The position numbers were made by a program, and so were the translations under genes. DNA of 64,000 nt from Marsupella aquatica (lineage: Eukaryota > Plantae > Marchantiophyta): assembly GCA_973895155.1 (NCBI GenBank), contig OZ316899.1, positions 4,777,241 to 4,841,240 on the forward strand, written 5' to 3'. Positions 39,226 to 50,595 of the stretch are shown here, piece after piece. The first letter of the stretch is position 1, and the number at the start of each line of letters is the position of its first letter. The notes under the pieces are model-generated. The model did no database searches, was not told where the DNA came from, and saw only the letters and a list, made by a program, of their open reading frames with translations.

Positions 39226-42200
39226 TCACTGCAGACTAACACACTCTGATGGCCAGAGCACAAGAGATCCTACTGCATGTGCAATTATTTCCTGAGGTGG
39301 ATCATCGTCTCTATTCGGAAATGGCAAATTACAATCAGATACAATCACTGTAGTCAACAACACTACTACATGGTCATCCGGGACCACTTTGCCATGGAAT
39401 TTAGCATGATCCGGTCGCAAAATGCCTGTACCCACACATACCTGCGAGTCATCCTCCCATGATAGAAGATTATGGACTGGCTCTGCTGTGGCTATCACCT
39501 CCACCTTACCCTGGCTGCTTTTCTTGGCTTTCCTGGGTGGCTTATACATGACATTATTCATACCTTGGTTGCGAGTCATGACTTTGGCACAAGTGTTTTG
39601 TGCTGGTGATCGAGAATTGGATACACTCTTCTTCAAAGAATATGCATCCATATTTGACACTTCCAATTGTATAGCAAGATCTCCCTGCGATATCATCTCA
39701 GTATCTGCCAACATTGTACTTGCTTCAATTGAAGCATCTACAATCTTACTTGCATCCAATGTTGCTCCCAAGTTTCGACGTCGCTTCACCCTGCTCCCAC
39801 TTGGTTGAGAGTCTGTCAACTCTACATCAACTACTATTCAGTGCATTGTCCAACATAAGTGAATCACTCATCACATGTGCGCCATGTACATGTCACCAAC
39901 CACAAAGTTGTCACTATCTCCTTACCATTATGAACAGCCTTCTTCCCCTTCTTTACCATTGCCATATCCTCCATGTCTGCTTCTGCTGATCAATAAACAC
40001 ACCACAATATTCAGGTTCAATCTATTAACCACTGAATTGTTTCTCAACATTCATATAGAGGAATTTAAAGCATCAGCTTACCTGATACCTCCTTGACTAT
40101 GGTCACTGAGGCATTGGGCACATCTTTTTCATTATTTCTCTTTGAATCACCTGATACATCAATCATGATGTCACTTCAGATCCCAGTTGATCCAACCAGT
40201 TCTTACAGAAAAGATTACCTCCAACCGGCTTAAGCTTCACAAACTCCATGCACTTTTCAAATGATTCATACTGGATCATATTAGTAGGTTACTTGTCTCA
40301 GCAACCTTTTTGCCATTCTGCTTACTGATTATAGGGTCCTTCTCTGCCTCCACTCTTCCTGCATTCAAACCATTCACTTACTGATTACAGGGTCCTTCTC
40401 TGCCTCCACTCTTCCTGCATTAAAACCATTCACTCAATTCATGAAAACTTACTTCTAACATTTGAACATAGGACACAATGAACAATGGGCCGGTGTCATT
40501 TCCATACCTGTGTCAGATTTGCCAATTCCCTTTTTTGTTAACAAGGGCACACTTTGTACAATGTTGCCCTCATTGTTTGGTTGGGAACCACCCAATTTTT
40601 CAATCACAAGCTTGAAATTAGATTCCACTAATGCAAGAAGGTTCGCTACAGATGCCTCCACAATATCCAAACGATCAGCCAATTTACTTTCCACTCGAGG
40701 GAGTCCACACTCTAATGACTTCAACCGTTCACACATCTCTGTGAGAGTTGTAACAGTTCCCTGGCATAACACAGCTTACATATCTCAGATAATTGTCCCC
40801 AAGAACTGGTTGCTTACTTCCTACTACAATTCTTTCTGATGCTCAAGGGCAAATAGTCACAGAACATACAGAATTACAACATAATCACCTGTTTGGAAGT
40901 CACACTTGTCACCTCACTCCTTTGTTTCATGAACTCCTCTCTCACTTCTTGTGTTGATGGTTCTTCACCTGTCAATTTCTTCTGCAGTCCACATCAACAT
41001 ACATATGAATGAAACCAAGTGTTGATTGTCAATGAAAATGTAATAATGGTAGCAAGATGATAAGTTTGAGGCTTACTATCAGGCATGTCACTGCCTTACC
41101 AATTGTTCTTTCACTGGAGCATAACTTCCTCTCCCAGCCTGTGACAGGTGTTTCACTTTGCCTCGAGCATTTGACATCAATTCACTTTTGCTCTGTCCAG
41201 CCTCTGACATGAACCCTTTGATTAACCGTGTCCATTGATCCAATTCCAATGATGGGGGTGGTGGCATTCTCCTGTTAGAACCATTGTCTATCCACATCCT
41301 TTTCAACCTATGCCTCTCTTGTTTCAAAATCCTCATTGCATAATCTGATATGCAATCTTCAACTGGGCCCTTACCATCATTACCAACATAGTCCCACCTT
41401 TCAAGAATGTCCTTGCAGATAGCAGCCGAATCAGCTTTGTTCTGACTCCTAAACTCTGTAATGCTCAAATCTAACCAACGCAATACTTCTCCTCTTAGGT
41501 CAGAATGCCAACGGTTCTTACCATCACATGTGGGAGTTATCCAACCATCGGAATTCACTTCTACTTTACCAAATTTGTTACTGTCTCCTGCCTTGGTACT
41601 CCCTGAAGCGCTACTAGGTGTCCCTCCACGGCCTGGTGTCCCCCCACGGCCTGGGGTCCCTCCACGGCCTGATCTCCCCCCACGGCCTGGATTGCATTGT
41701 CCAAACCTCCCTGGAGTCCCTGCACATTTACAGGATCCATTAGGTAAGTATGAATCATAAATCCTGCTGCCAAATATACAGTGGACTTCAGAGCAATTCT
41801 GCAATGACCAAGTTACCTCTCCCTTGGCGCATAGATGGTTCTGGACCACCTGTCCTATTGCTTTGTCTTGATGAATTAGGGCCGTTTCTCCCGCCTGTGA
41901 ATGATTGCCTCCTATTTGAACGTGGATGGCCTTTGTTGTTTTCGTGATTGTCCCAATCAGAGTCTGCATACCAACAGGTACATGCCACACTCATGGACCT
42001 GTAAGATAAACTCTTTGCCCTAGCTACACATCAGATAAGTGCATATTGAGCTAAATCTCTACTACCATCACAAAATCACTAGCACAAGGCACTTACTTGT
42101 CCAATCATCCTCCTCACCTTTCCATTGCCCTCTGTACCCGTCTCTACCACGCTCTGGGTGTTCATATTCATCCCATCCATCTTCTGCTCCATCATAGTCA

Positions 42201-42439
42201 TCATCATAATTATCAGGCGTCCCTTGCCAATAACTCTGGCCCCTTCTAGGGTATGGATTATGTGATTTCTCTCTAGCTGCCCGCCTGCCTGGCACTTGAT
42301 GAGGGCCCTGTGCATCTTGCACAGGTGCATTTTTCTGTGAGCCCCCTGCATCTGGGTCTCCATCCATATCCAATCTTTCCTCTTCACCCCACTCTCCAAG
42401 CCCCATGTCTGTCTCCATGTCATCACCCTCTTCCCCCAT
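39226..42439 (-). CDS. TnpA-like multi-exon gene of B2 (ptta/Transposase_24-like middle, Tnp1-like C-terminus, GRGGTP repeats)
   Basis: Exonic ORFs 42068-42439, 41088-41990 (RHRLKRMW...PPP...DQWTRLI...KSELMSNARGK...GRGSY), 40455-40772 and 39226-39819 (FHGKVVPDDHVVV...LPFP...AVGSLVLWP). Exact splicing not resolved. Confidence 0.72.
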
Positions 42440-42616
42440 AGCTTCTGCACAGCACCCACAACCAAACAGGGAGAATCAGCACACTAAATTCAAAGTATCA
42501 ATCAATTTCATGCATATCCAACTATCCTAAACATCATTCCAGGCAGCAATTCCCGTTCTGTGACTCTGTGCAGGTAGTCATCCTCAACCTCATACTTGCC
42601 AATCGCCAGCTGTTGC

Positions 42617-45600
42617 CTATTGCAAATCATCAACCTCATCATATTCCATTTGCCCAGGTTCATCATATGTCTCTCTCAATGTTAAGGGGATGTAGTCAGT
42701 CCCTGCCCGAGTTGGAAGTACAGTCTCATGACTAGGATGCTCGAATGCAGCATGGTCATCCAAACTCAACTCTACTTTACTTCCATCCATCCGCCTGTTC
42801 CGTGCTTGGCTATGGCATACCACCCTCCAGCCATGTGACTCCTCCACATCTGCAAAGAAAGCCTGTTCAACTTGGCTAGGGAAAACAAAAGGCTCAGACC
42901 ATTCTGGTACTCTGGACCTAAAATTGGCCAACAAGAACCCATCATGATCACGCTTCATGGTGGCCCTTGGTCTCTGCCACTCTGATTTCACCCATGATCC
43001 CTTCATCAATATCACTGGGACACTTGTGTTACCATAATTCAACACCCAAATGTCGGTCAACTCCCCCACGTAACCCATCTTCATCCACCCCCTCTGTTCT
43101 TCAGAGGTTCTCTGCTCAAACACAGAAATCAAACCACAATCATATGATACACAATGGTCACCCTGCTCATCCCTCACTCGATAATGATTTCCATAAGCTC
43201 TCATCCGTTTGTAGGTCAGAATAGACAATCGTGGTGGCACAGATAGAAGATACAAATCCTTCTCCATATCTGGGTGATGTCTACTATGCTCTCGAATTGT
43301 CACCCGAATCCACTGCTCGAACTGTGGGAAGGGATCCTGTTGCCCAGAGTGTGCAGCTTTTTGCATATCATATTCCCTGCAATATGAGGTACAGGCATAG
43401 TTAGGTCTAAACAACACATGACAACCTAAGATCACCCTTGGAATAGACAAGAAGCATCACAACAAAGGCAAGTCAATTCAATCACTCACCTCCACCATGG
43501 TTGCATAGGCTCTGTGTTTGCCAGCACATATGAATGAGCCTTGTCTCGAATCGCAACAGGCAGCTGAACAGCACGTCCCACACCTTCAACAACCTCGCCA
43601 CTCACTCCATCATCTTCACCAGATTTCCAAACTCTTGTCATAGCTTCACCAGACCCAGCCATGTACTCTGTTAGGAATCCCAACGTCTCATCCTTAATGT
43701 ACCCCAATGCCATGGAAGCCTCTGGCCTGTAGTATGTTCTCACATGACCTTTCAACAACTTCATGTATCGCTCCATAGGGTACATCCATCTGGTACTGAC
43801 TGGCCCATACTGCCCTAGCTCTTCTACCACATGGATTAGGAGATGAGTCATAACATCAAAGAAAGCAGGGGGGAAGTATATCTCCAAGTCATAGAGGACA
43901 TAAGCAGCATCCTGCTTCAACTGCTCCAATCCTTGGGGATCCCACACTTTCACACATATACGGCGAAATACATTGCACAGTCAAAGAATGACATTACGGA
44001 CTGGTTTCTGCATGAGACCTCTGAGGCATAGGGGCAGAATGTGCTGCATCAACACATGGTAGTCATGTGTTTTCATACTGCCAAGTTTATTCTTTGTAAT
44101 ATGCTTCTTGAAGGCACCAGCATAGCCAGAGGGCACTTTCAGACAGCTCAATCTATACAAGAATGTCTTCCATTCATCCCGTGTGCACACATAGGGAGCT
44201 TGGAACTTGAGAAGTACATTGGGATTGCTTGCATGGGGCTTCAACCAAAGGTGAGGGCGAATCCCCTTCTATTGCATATCAGCTCGAACTGCTCCTGTAT
44301 CTTTCTCACCCGACAAGAACTTCAGCAAGCTCTCACAAATATTTTTCTCAATGTGCATGACGTCCACATTGTGTTTGTTGGGCTCGAATTCCTGCACTCC
44401 ACAAAGCAAAGAATTCAACAATAGAAACACTAATTAACCACAGAGGAGGATTGTAACCAACATCAATCCACCATTGCTCCAATCTAAAATTGCAATCATA
44501 CAGGGGCTGGAGGCTAAGTACATTACCCTCCAGTACTCCAACTCCAAGTCCATCAAGGTCTGTCTTTTCACACCGTGTTTCACCACTGGATCCTCAGGTT
44601 CTCGATCAGTGGCACTTCTCTTGTCCCAATCAGCCTTCCTGGCTGCCCACCTCAGGACTTGCTCTCTGGTGACCCTCTATGGTGGGCCACGAAGCTCTGT
44701 TTTGTTGTTGAAGTGTGCAATTTGAGACCGTGTGTGCCTGTAAGGATGATCAACAGGCAGATACCTTCTATGCCCCTGAAATTTCATACTGTGCAGGGCA
44801 TGCAACCACTCACTTGTCACATTTTTCCCACATGGTGTGCACCCCACATAGCCCTTTGTCACTCGTCCAGATATGATGCCATGGCCTGGGTAATCTGCTA
44901 TATCCAGCAAACAAATTGCATGCAGTCTAAAGGGGCTGGGTTGAAGAAGCCCCTTCAGAACATCATGGGTTAACACCCCTTCTATCCACAAAGTCTTCCA
45001 CTCTTCCACTGCTGGAGCCAACATGATATCTATGAATTGCTCGGTCACAGAAGCTGGTCCAGGGATTAACAGCACCATCATGACAAAAAACCTCTTTGTA
45101 GTCATCCATGGGGGAAGGTTGTAATTTAGCAGCGTAACCGGCCAACATGAATAACGGTTGTTTTTGTCTCCAAATGGGTTTACTCCATCCAGTGATAGAC
45201 CAAATCGAAAGTTCCGCTTCTCTGCAGCAAACTGTGGCCACCTCTCATCAACAAATTTCCAATGGTTGGAATCTCCAATGTGACGCTGCAGGCCATCACT
45301 GCTCTTGTTATCAGGAGTCCATGTCATCAGCTTGGAAATGGCAGGGCATCTAAACAGACGTTGTAGTCTAGGAATGAGAGGAAAATGACGAAGAACCTTG
45401 GCAGGGTGTGTACATTTCCCTACATTCTTGTACCTGTGCTTACCACAATGAGGGCATGTCAATTTATCTGCATGCTCTTTGCGAAAGAGAACACACCCAT
45501 CAGGGCATGCGTCAATAGACACATAGTTTAGCCCAAGGTTAGACATCAATTTCCTAGCCTCGTACATATTTTTTGGAATTGAATTACCATCTGGTAACAC

Positions 45601-46317
45601 ATTTTGGCGCAGGAAGGTCAACAACTCTGTCACAAATATATTGGGAACATTGTGATTGCCACAGATGTTCAACAACAACACGACAAAACCCAGCTTGGAG
45701 CAGTTCGACCCCTCGTAGATAGGAATGCAAGCTTCTTTGATGTGTTTTGGGCCCCCAAACACCCACTCCCTCTCTGCTGCACCTTCCCCAATGTCAAAGT
45801 CAGGTTCAGCTTGGCCGTCGCCAATGTGTGGCTGCGGTTCATTGTCCTCTTCTGATTCCACTGTGTCGTAAAAAGCATCAAGGTCTTAAAAAATCTCTTG
45901 AACCATTCTTGGGACATCCATCCCACCGTCCTCAGTGATTGCCTCTGCATCTCCATCTTGGTCATCCACGTTCTCATGTTGGACCCCAGGACCATCCTCT
46001 GCACAGTCTATGTCCTGCTCTACGTAGTCTCTACGCCTAGCTGTATTAGAATCCACAAAGTCAGCTCTCCACTCTTCATCAGAGGAGTCTTCTTCTGCTG
46101 GTACATTCCAAACCCTCCACCGAGGGTGCCTTTCATGCCGCAGCAGGTGAAGGTGCACAGTGTTCAAACTCAACGACTTGAATCCTTGGCACTGTGTGCA
46201 TGGGCATCTCATCCTCCTACTCCTACCTTGGGCGGCCCGGGCTTGTTCACGCATCCACAATTTAGAATCATGATGCCTAATCCTAAATGGGTTGTGAAGA
46301 GGCAACCTTGGAGCCAT
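42617..46317 (-). pseudogene. CACTA TnpD-like transposase of B2 (Transpos_assoc, Transposase_21, DUF4218 and DUF4216-like regions) with in-frame stops
   Basis: MAPRL...RCPCTQC; intron 44526-44392 joins EYWR to EFEPNKHNVDVMHIEKN; FPPAFFDVMTHLLIH...GPV..RWMYPMER. Stops at 45886, 44677, ~44270 and 43981. Confidence 0.93.
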
Positions 46318-46643
46318 CACTATACACACACACTCAGCACCCTGTCATTTTATTATGCAAGTGAAAAATACACTTCCTGTTAAGGATTTCACCCCCGACT
46401 GTACTTGCCAAAATACGTAACGTTCCAAAAAAACAAAAAAACAAAAAATATAGGTGCCTGAGTCATGTACCTATTCTCAAGTGAATGAGACAAAATTCCT
46501 AAATGTTTGAGGGTGTCAACTCCTCCGCTGTCCTCACATGTACTGCCTCTGCACGTACATCCATGACCATATCAGAGTCCAATCATGTATAGTCATAGAC
46601 ACAGGTGCCAGGTGCGAGACCGGTGTGAGATGTCCTCATCTTA

Positions 46644-47177
46644 CTACCACATCAAATACGGATACCAATCCTGTTGTCGATGCCACTCAGCCCTGAGGTA
46701 CTCAGGCATGTACATTAAGTCATCAAGGTCTAAACCCTGCTCATGCCATGGTGGTCTTCGATCCGTGCCTACAAGCAGTGGCAGCAGTGCCCTCCATGGT
46801 GCACATGTTGCTACCAAGTCCCTCCACTGGGTACTAATTAGTCTATATTTGCAGATATCTTGTGCGCCAGACACCACAAGAACCCTCGGCCAGACATGTG
46901 TAAGAACTATATCATCTGCCAAATCAGGCAACAAGGAACCACCTACAGCATCGTGCTTGTCTAACTCATCTGCTGAAAAGTAAATGTCCTCTTCCGACTG
47001 TGCATCCTCATTCACCACAGCATTCACAACACATCCAAGGTCTGCAGGCATTATCTCGGATGGAGCTACACTCTGTCTGGTTACCAATCCACACAAGTAA
47101 GCCCAAGCAGTAGCCATGCACGATGCAACCCGTAGGAGGACCCTACATAGGGCCTGACGGTCTGGGAGAGGCAGCAT
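46644..47177 (-). CDS. CACTA cargo: F-box-like protein, 177 aa, intact
   Basis: LLPDLADDIVLTHVWPRV...KYRLISTQWRDLV fits the F-box pattern. Start MLPLPD aligns with MSIFPD in element A. Confidence 0.72.
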   Translation of the reverse strand: MLPLPDRQALCRVLLRVASCMATAWAYLCGLVTRQSVAPSEIMPADLGCVVNAVVNEDAQSEEDIYFSADELDKHDAVGGSLLPDLADDIVLTHVWPRVLVVSGAQDICKYRLISTQWRDLVATCAPWRALLPLLVGTDRRPPWHEQGLDLDDLMYMPEYLRAEWHRQQDWYPYLMW

Positions 47178-47353
47178 ACCCACCAAAGTCTTCAGCCAAA
47201 CAGAGCCCAGCAAGTAGATTCACAATCACACCCCACGCAGCAGGAAACAACAATCACTTCAACTGCGACCAACCATGACAAGATGAGTTAGTTCAAGGAT
47301 CATATTTATTACAAAATTGTGATTTATACAAAAATATGAGGGACTCCTACTCC

Positions 47354-48202
47354 TCACTCTCTCCCACCTTTGCTAAGCATACATCTCCGCTGAATCTTGG
47401 AGGGCCAGGCCTCAAAAATATCAAAGTCCCAAGCATTCTGTCGCTTCCCTCTAGCTGTTGATTCCAGAAGCCAATCAGGGGAAAGCACCCAAAGATTGTT
47501 GTTCATGACAAAATCATGCACTATTGTCTTAAAGAATTTTCTGCATATCTTCATGTATGACAGACCTACAACATGAGTGGAGGTTTCTGTTAGACTCTCT
47601 TCCACTGTCCCACCTAGCTCAACAACTATGGACTTGTACAGTCTGCACTTAGTCTCCCCAATTCCTTCTTCTGCAAATACCACACTGAACCCCTTCATAA
47701 TGGTATTTCTCTCCTTGCCATGCTCATTCAATATAGCATCTGCACGCATAGGATGGTGTCCTATGTTGACAACAGGTCCATATTGGACAGAAGCAAAGTT
47801 GGGTTTCTCTGCCGCTGCTTCATAGGCTTCCTTTTCAGCCAAAGCCTCTGCAGTGGCCTCCTCACTCTCCCACAACTCATATTGCTCAATACTCTGTACA
47901 CACCTATGTTTAACAGAATCAGTCAACCAAGAGACTTCAACTACTTTTAGACCTTGGTTGGTAATGGCAGAATCAACGAAGGACCATGACCACTTGTTCA
48001 TCACATCCAGCCATGTCCCCGCAACAACATGTGTAGTCTGTGGAGTGATGTCCTTGACTTCAGTCCCATGGAACTCTGAAAATTGTTTTTGTACGATTGG
48101 CCAACTCACTTGGGTGAACCCATAGTGGCCAGGAATCAAAATGGCTTTGATTCCAGCCAACAGAGGCGGGTGGTCAACCTTTGTACGTTTCCTAGAGGCC
48201 AT
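47354..48202 (-). CDS. CACTA cargo: tandem BRCT-domain protein, ~282 aa, intact
   Basis: Two repeats: G.V.....TTHVV...KVVEVSWLTDS and GG.V.....STHVV...WVLSPDWLLES. Basic N-terminus MASRKRTK. Confidence 0.85.
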   Translation of the reverse strand: MASRKRTKVDHPPLLAGIKAILIPGHYGFTQVSWPIVQKQFSEFHGTEVKDITPQTTHVVAGTWLDVMNKWSWSFVDSAITNQGLKVVEVSWLTDSVKHRCVQSIEQYELWESEEATAEALAEKEAYEAAAEKPNFASVQYGPVVNIGHHPMRADAILNEHGKERNTIMKGFSVVFAEEGIGETKCRLYKSIVVELGGTVEESLTETSTHVVGLSYMKICRKFFKTIVHDFVMNNNLWVLSPDWLLESTARGKRQNAWDFDIFEAWPSKIQRRCMLSKGGRE

Positions 48203-48797
48203 GTACACACGGGCCACCTAATCACTGCAGACCGGAAGATAATGCGTTCACCTGATAATCGGAGGGCCCTTAAAATGCTGCATTTATAACTTGGTCCAGT
48301 CCAGTCGTCTGGTGAGTCTCTGCTCCAATTCCAAACGGGAGAAATATTGGGACAAACGTACTAGACACCTGCAAGCATGCACCTCATAGTTTTAATATGT
48401 GCCTTCACAATATTGAAGGTGACAAGTGCAATTGTTTTGTGATGCCACATACAGATGTTGTAAATGGGCAGACATTCAATGAGAATACAAAATGTTGGTA
48501 CACTTTAAGGGAATTTTTGCAAATTAAATAGCCTTGTAACTTATATGCTCATAATGAGAAGTCCTGATTTAATTTAAGCAGTGCCATCTTAGTCGTGATC
48601 AAAATGATTGCAGAGTTAAAAAAGGTCCTAGAAGGCTTAAGGGGAGTTTTTGAAGGCATGTACCCAGGAACAAGTAATGAACTTAGGGTACTTGTTGCCT
48701 AAGCATCCTCTCCTACAGAGGTCCTTCTCAAAATTGGAATGTCTGCAATCTCCAAGGTATCCACATCAGGTGCACTATGCATGTACATTATTCAGGT

Positions 48798-49478
48798 TCA
48801 AAGCCAAGAAATGTGATCTCTAATGGGAGTGTGCAAAGTAGGATCTATGGCATGGCAATGACAATAGAAGATCCATCGATCAACACCATGTGCAGAGTGA
48901 TCATAGATGTGTCTGTCACAAGCATAGCCTTCTGCTTGACGCTCCTTCAAACAATGAAAGTGCCACATGGTGGGACACCTAACACAGTGGACTATGTCCA
49001 CCCAGAAATCTTCATCGTGCTGACCACATGCCTTGCACTTATGAAGTGGGCAAGCTGTGGCAAGATCGGGCAAACATGAAAAACAAAAGAACCTCACACA
49101 ATATCTGTCAGGGCATTTCCTAACAAGTGGTGGAGCATCAACAGAGCCCTCATAAGACCCCAACTTCCCACATTGTGCACACTTAGCCTGCTTCTCCAAA
49201 CAATCAGTGCACATCCAGCCTCCCTGGTGTGCTGACGGGAGGCCCACCCCTGGACAGTTGTTTTTTGCAGCAAGGTCAGACTCCGGGTTGAGGTGGAAAT
49301 GCCTCATGCAAGGGCCCTCACATATGGCTAAGCCCCCACCATCGTCACAAATGGCACAACAATGAGCTGCCTTCTGGAAAATCTGACTTGCAGAGAAGTT
49401 ACTACCATCTGGCCCAACTACACCTGTGTTGCTCACCTCTGTCCCCCGCTTCTTGGCTCAGATTTTAGGGCGTGCCAT
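48798..49478 (-). pseudogene. CACTA cargo: EDM2-like composite PHD protein (single TGA at codon 7, probably CGA>TGA)
   Basis: ATG at 49478 gives MARPKI*AKKRG in frame with CAICDDGGGLAICEGPCMRHFH...CTDC...CAQCGKLGS...CPLHKCKAC...CVRCPTMWHFHCL...RWIFYCHCHAIDPTLHTPIRDHISW. Confidence 0.88.
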
Positions 49479-50145
49479 GCCTACGCATGAGACAGATAGT
49501 ACAATTTAGCAGAGTGCATAGACATTACAATTTAGCAATGTACAAAAAGTACAGTGTAGCATATAGACTAGAGTGGCAATTGCTACTGCAATGAAATGTT
49601 CACACACATGTGCAGAGTAGACATACTTTTTGGTTTGTTGAGCCCACTCTGAAAACTGATCCCCTAGTACAATAGCTCCACCTACACCTCAATTTTGTGG
49701 CTATGATTCACCAAAGGAGATCTGCAACAAGATTTAATGCATTTGAATCACATACAATAGTCGTGACATGTAAAACAGGCATTTTTTGAACAGGATTGGT
49801 ATCAAGCAGTGTGATCAGGGTTGTAATTTATACATCCTAAATAGGCTATGATAGTGAATGAGACAAATAAGTTAGGCATAAATCACTTTTTCCAGGTTAT
49901 CACATGGCCCATTAATTCCAGTCTTTGAAAGGAGACTTTTAAGTGAGCTTGCTAGCCTCTTAAATTAGGATATTGTACTTAGTGCAGCCATAATAGGATA
50001 AGTTATGTACTGTTGACCCTAAACCCTGGACCCAAAATTGCTCATAATTCAAAATTTTAAGTAAATATCCTCTCTGTTCAAGTCAGAGTGTTAAGTTATA
50101 GGTCAATGGTCTCTGGTCTGTGCATGCGGTGAGACAAGTTGTCCT

Positions 50146-50595
50146 CTAGAGCGTGTGATCCAAACATGTGTAGACACCAAAGGCACCGGTGTTGGGGTCT
50201 GGGAGGGCAGGACAAGTGACATTGCCAGGCACACTGCAGGATGGCGAGTGGTTCCAGATGATACATTGTGCTCTGTGCAAAAACCGACATCCAAGAGAAC
50301 GGTCATCCAACTCTGGGCCAGAAGCCCTACAGGCAGGACAGTCATATTGGCAACTATGCACACACCCTTGGCACCTAATTTGTGGTGGGTCATGTACAAG
50401 AGACACAAATACCAAGGATGTCGGGAAGGGTACTGAAGCAGGTAGAGGCCGCCTGTAGTTGTTCCTGGCAAGAACAGAGTACTCAAAGTACCATGCAGAC
50501 TGGGCTGGAAGGATCCCCAGTCTGACATACTCAAGGTGCAACATCTCTGCCTTGCGTGCAAACCGCACATGTTCAGCATTGCGGGTCCTCACCAT
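50146..50595 (-). CDS. CACTA cargo: 149-aa Cys/His-rich 'MVRTR' protein, intact
   Basis: Full-length homologue of 23803-24255 in the same cassette position. Confidence 0.75.
   Translation of the reverse strand: MVRTRNAEHVRFARKAEMLHLEYVRLGILPAQSAWYFEYSVLARNNYRRPLPASVPFPTSLVFVSLVHDPPQIRCQGCVHSCQYDCPACRASGPELDDRSLGCRFLHRAQCIIWNHSPSCSVPGNVTCPALPDPNTGAFGVYTCLDHTL

Noticed and set aside
28059-47950. Many plus-strand ORFs over the CACTA-B genes
   Set aside because: They are antisense shadows of minus-strand coding exons.
27378-48631. Apparent 11-kb tandem segmental duplication or assembly artefact
   Set aside because: B2 has its own TIR pair and TTA TSD inside Copia sequence, and the copies carry private mutations, so these are independent insertions.
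42617-49478. Stop-codon readthrough or alternative genetic code
   Set aside because: Most stops are single transitions from CGA/CAG/TGG and differ between copies, as expected from methylation-driven decay.
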